A DNA stretch of 64,000 nt from a bacterium (lineage in GTDB: Bacteria > Verrucomicrobiota > Kiritimatiellia > CAIKKV01 > CAITUY01), in the NCBI GenBank assembly GCA_037143175.1, contig JBAWZF010000009.1:1959-65958 (forward strand), in the 5' to 3' direction. Below, in pieces: positions 63,116 to 64,000 of the stretch. A program made the position numbers and the translations under genes. Numbering within the stretch: the stretch's first letter is position 1; every line of letters begins with the position of its first letter. The notes under the pieces are model-generated. The model searched no databases. It saw only the letters and a program-made list of their open reading frames with translations, and was not told the origin of the DNA.

Positions 63116-64000
63116 ATGGGTTTTTATACAAATGGCCAGTGGCCGATTTTAAGTTTGCTGACATTTCTGCCTCTGGCAGGAGTGCTATTGTTACCGTTTC
63201 TCAAGGGGGACAGTCCCGCCAAAGTCTGGGCGTTGGGGGTGACGTTGGTGACGGCGGTGTTATCACTGCCGCTTTATGCCGCTTTTGACATTACGACGGC
63301 GTCATACCAATTCTGCGAAAAAGTCGCGTGGATTCCTTCGTTGAACATTCATTATGCGCTGGGCATTGATGGGATCAGCCTTTTGCTGGTTTTGTTGACC
63401 ACCCTGCTGATGCCGTTATGCATTCTGTGTTCATGGCGCGCCATCGGAACCCGTGTCAAGGAGTTCATGGCCTGTATTCTGATCATGGAGACGGCCATGT
63501 TGGGTGTCTTTATGGCACTGGATTTTGTACTGTTCTACATCTTCTGGGAGGCGATGTTGATTCCGATGTTCCTGTTGATCGGAATCTGGGGCGGGCCGCG
63601 GAAGATCTATGCATCGGTCAAGTTCTTCTTGTACACTTTGGCTGGTTCGGTGTTGATGCCGGTGGCCGTAATCGCGTTGTACCTGCATAGTCAGCCGCAT
63701 ACGTTCTCAATTCCCGAGCTGATGAATCAGCCTTATTCCTTTACGCTGCAATGCTGGGTGTTTCTGGCATTTTTTGTAGCCTTTGCCGTGAAGGTCCCGA
63801 TGTTTCCGTTCCATACGTGGTTGCCTGCGGCGCATGTGGAGGCGCCGACTGCCGGAAGCGTGCTGCTGGCCAGTGTGCTGCTGAAGATGGGCGCCTATGG
63901 TTTCCTGCGATTCTGTCTGCCCATGACGCCGCTCGGCGTTCAGGCGTTTGCCCCCTATGTGCTGGCGCTTTCTGCGGCTGGCATCATTTACGGCGGATTC
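63116..64000 (+). CDS. nuoM: Complex I-like subunit M (5' part; runs off the window)
   Basis: ATG at 63116 opens a frame with no stop to 64000. Translation: MGFYTNGQWPILSLLTFLPL...GIDGISLLLVLLTTLLMP...FYIFWEAMLIPMFLLIGIWGG...FHTWLPAAHVEAPTAGSVLLA, classical NuoM. Absent from the ORF track because it is open-ended. Confidence 0.85.
   Translation, partial: MGFYTNGQWPILSLLTFLPLAGVLLLPFLKGDSPAKVWALGVTLVTAVLSLPLYAAFDITTASYQFCEKVAWIPSLNIHYALGIDGISLLLVLLTTLLMPLCILCSWRAIGTRVKEFMACILIMETAMLGVFMALDFVLFYIFWEAMLIPMFLLIGIWGGPRKIYASVKFFLYTLAGSVLMPVAVIALYLHSQPHTFSIPELMNQPYSFTLQCWVFLAFFVAFAVKVPMFPFHTWLPAAHVEAPTAGSVLLASVLLKMGAYGFLRFCLPMTPLGVQAFAPYVLALSAAGIIYGGF

Overview
This 64-kb chromosomal window comes from a diderm bacterium, judged from waaA, O-antigen-ligase-like, MurJ-like and nuo genes. 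The taxon cannot be fixed from sequence alone; the gene content is loosely reminiscent of PVC-group or anaerobic glycan-utilising bacteria. I count about 58 protein-coding genes. I saw no rRNA, tRNA, CRISPR array, transposase or prophage genes. Layout: (i) 1-9.8 kb holds housekeeping and regulatory genes: an RsmB-like methyltransferase, M20 peptidase, PIN-PhoH2, a metal-binding lipoprotein, a large hybrid histidine kinase and bioB. (ii) 9.8-15.3 kb is a minus-strand block of accD-accA, a pyruvate/oxaloacetate carboxyltransferase fused to a full AccB-type BCCP, a small coiled-coil protein and a GT4. (iii) 16.3-26.6 kb is a plus-strand sugar-metabolism block: mutarotase-like, NahK-like kinase, GalE-like epimerase, LarA-family epimerase homolog, SDR, gnd, an orphan ABC permease, a TatD-like hydrolase and pgm. 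(iv) 26.8-49.0 kb is the most unusual region: an 18-gene, almost gap-free minus-strand operon. It joins glycan-assembly genes (five GT4/GT2, a MurJ-like flippase, an O-antigen-ligase-like protein, a secreted CBM-like protein) to three other modules. These are an ACP/KS/dead-KS-partner/KR module; an AcoA/AcoB-type E1 alpha/beta pair with a free-standing lipoyl+E3-binding carrier that lacks an E2 catalytic domain; and two alpha/beta-hydrolases. A 1909-aa secreted multi-jelly-roll protein lies at the head of the operon. (v) 49.2-54.6 kb holds a decayed MazF/PemK remnant, a Xer-type recombinase, a heptanucleotide tandem array, waaA, a PfkB sugar kinase and an SDR-DUF2867 protein. (vi) 54.7-64.0 kb is a complex-I-like nuo operon that lacks nuoEFG and carries an extra antiporter-like subunit plus a small 2-TM ORF. 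All family assignments rest on motifs read by eye from the translations; no database search was possible.
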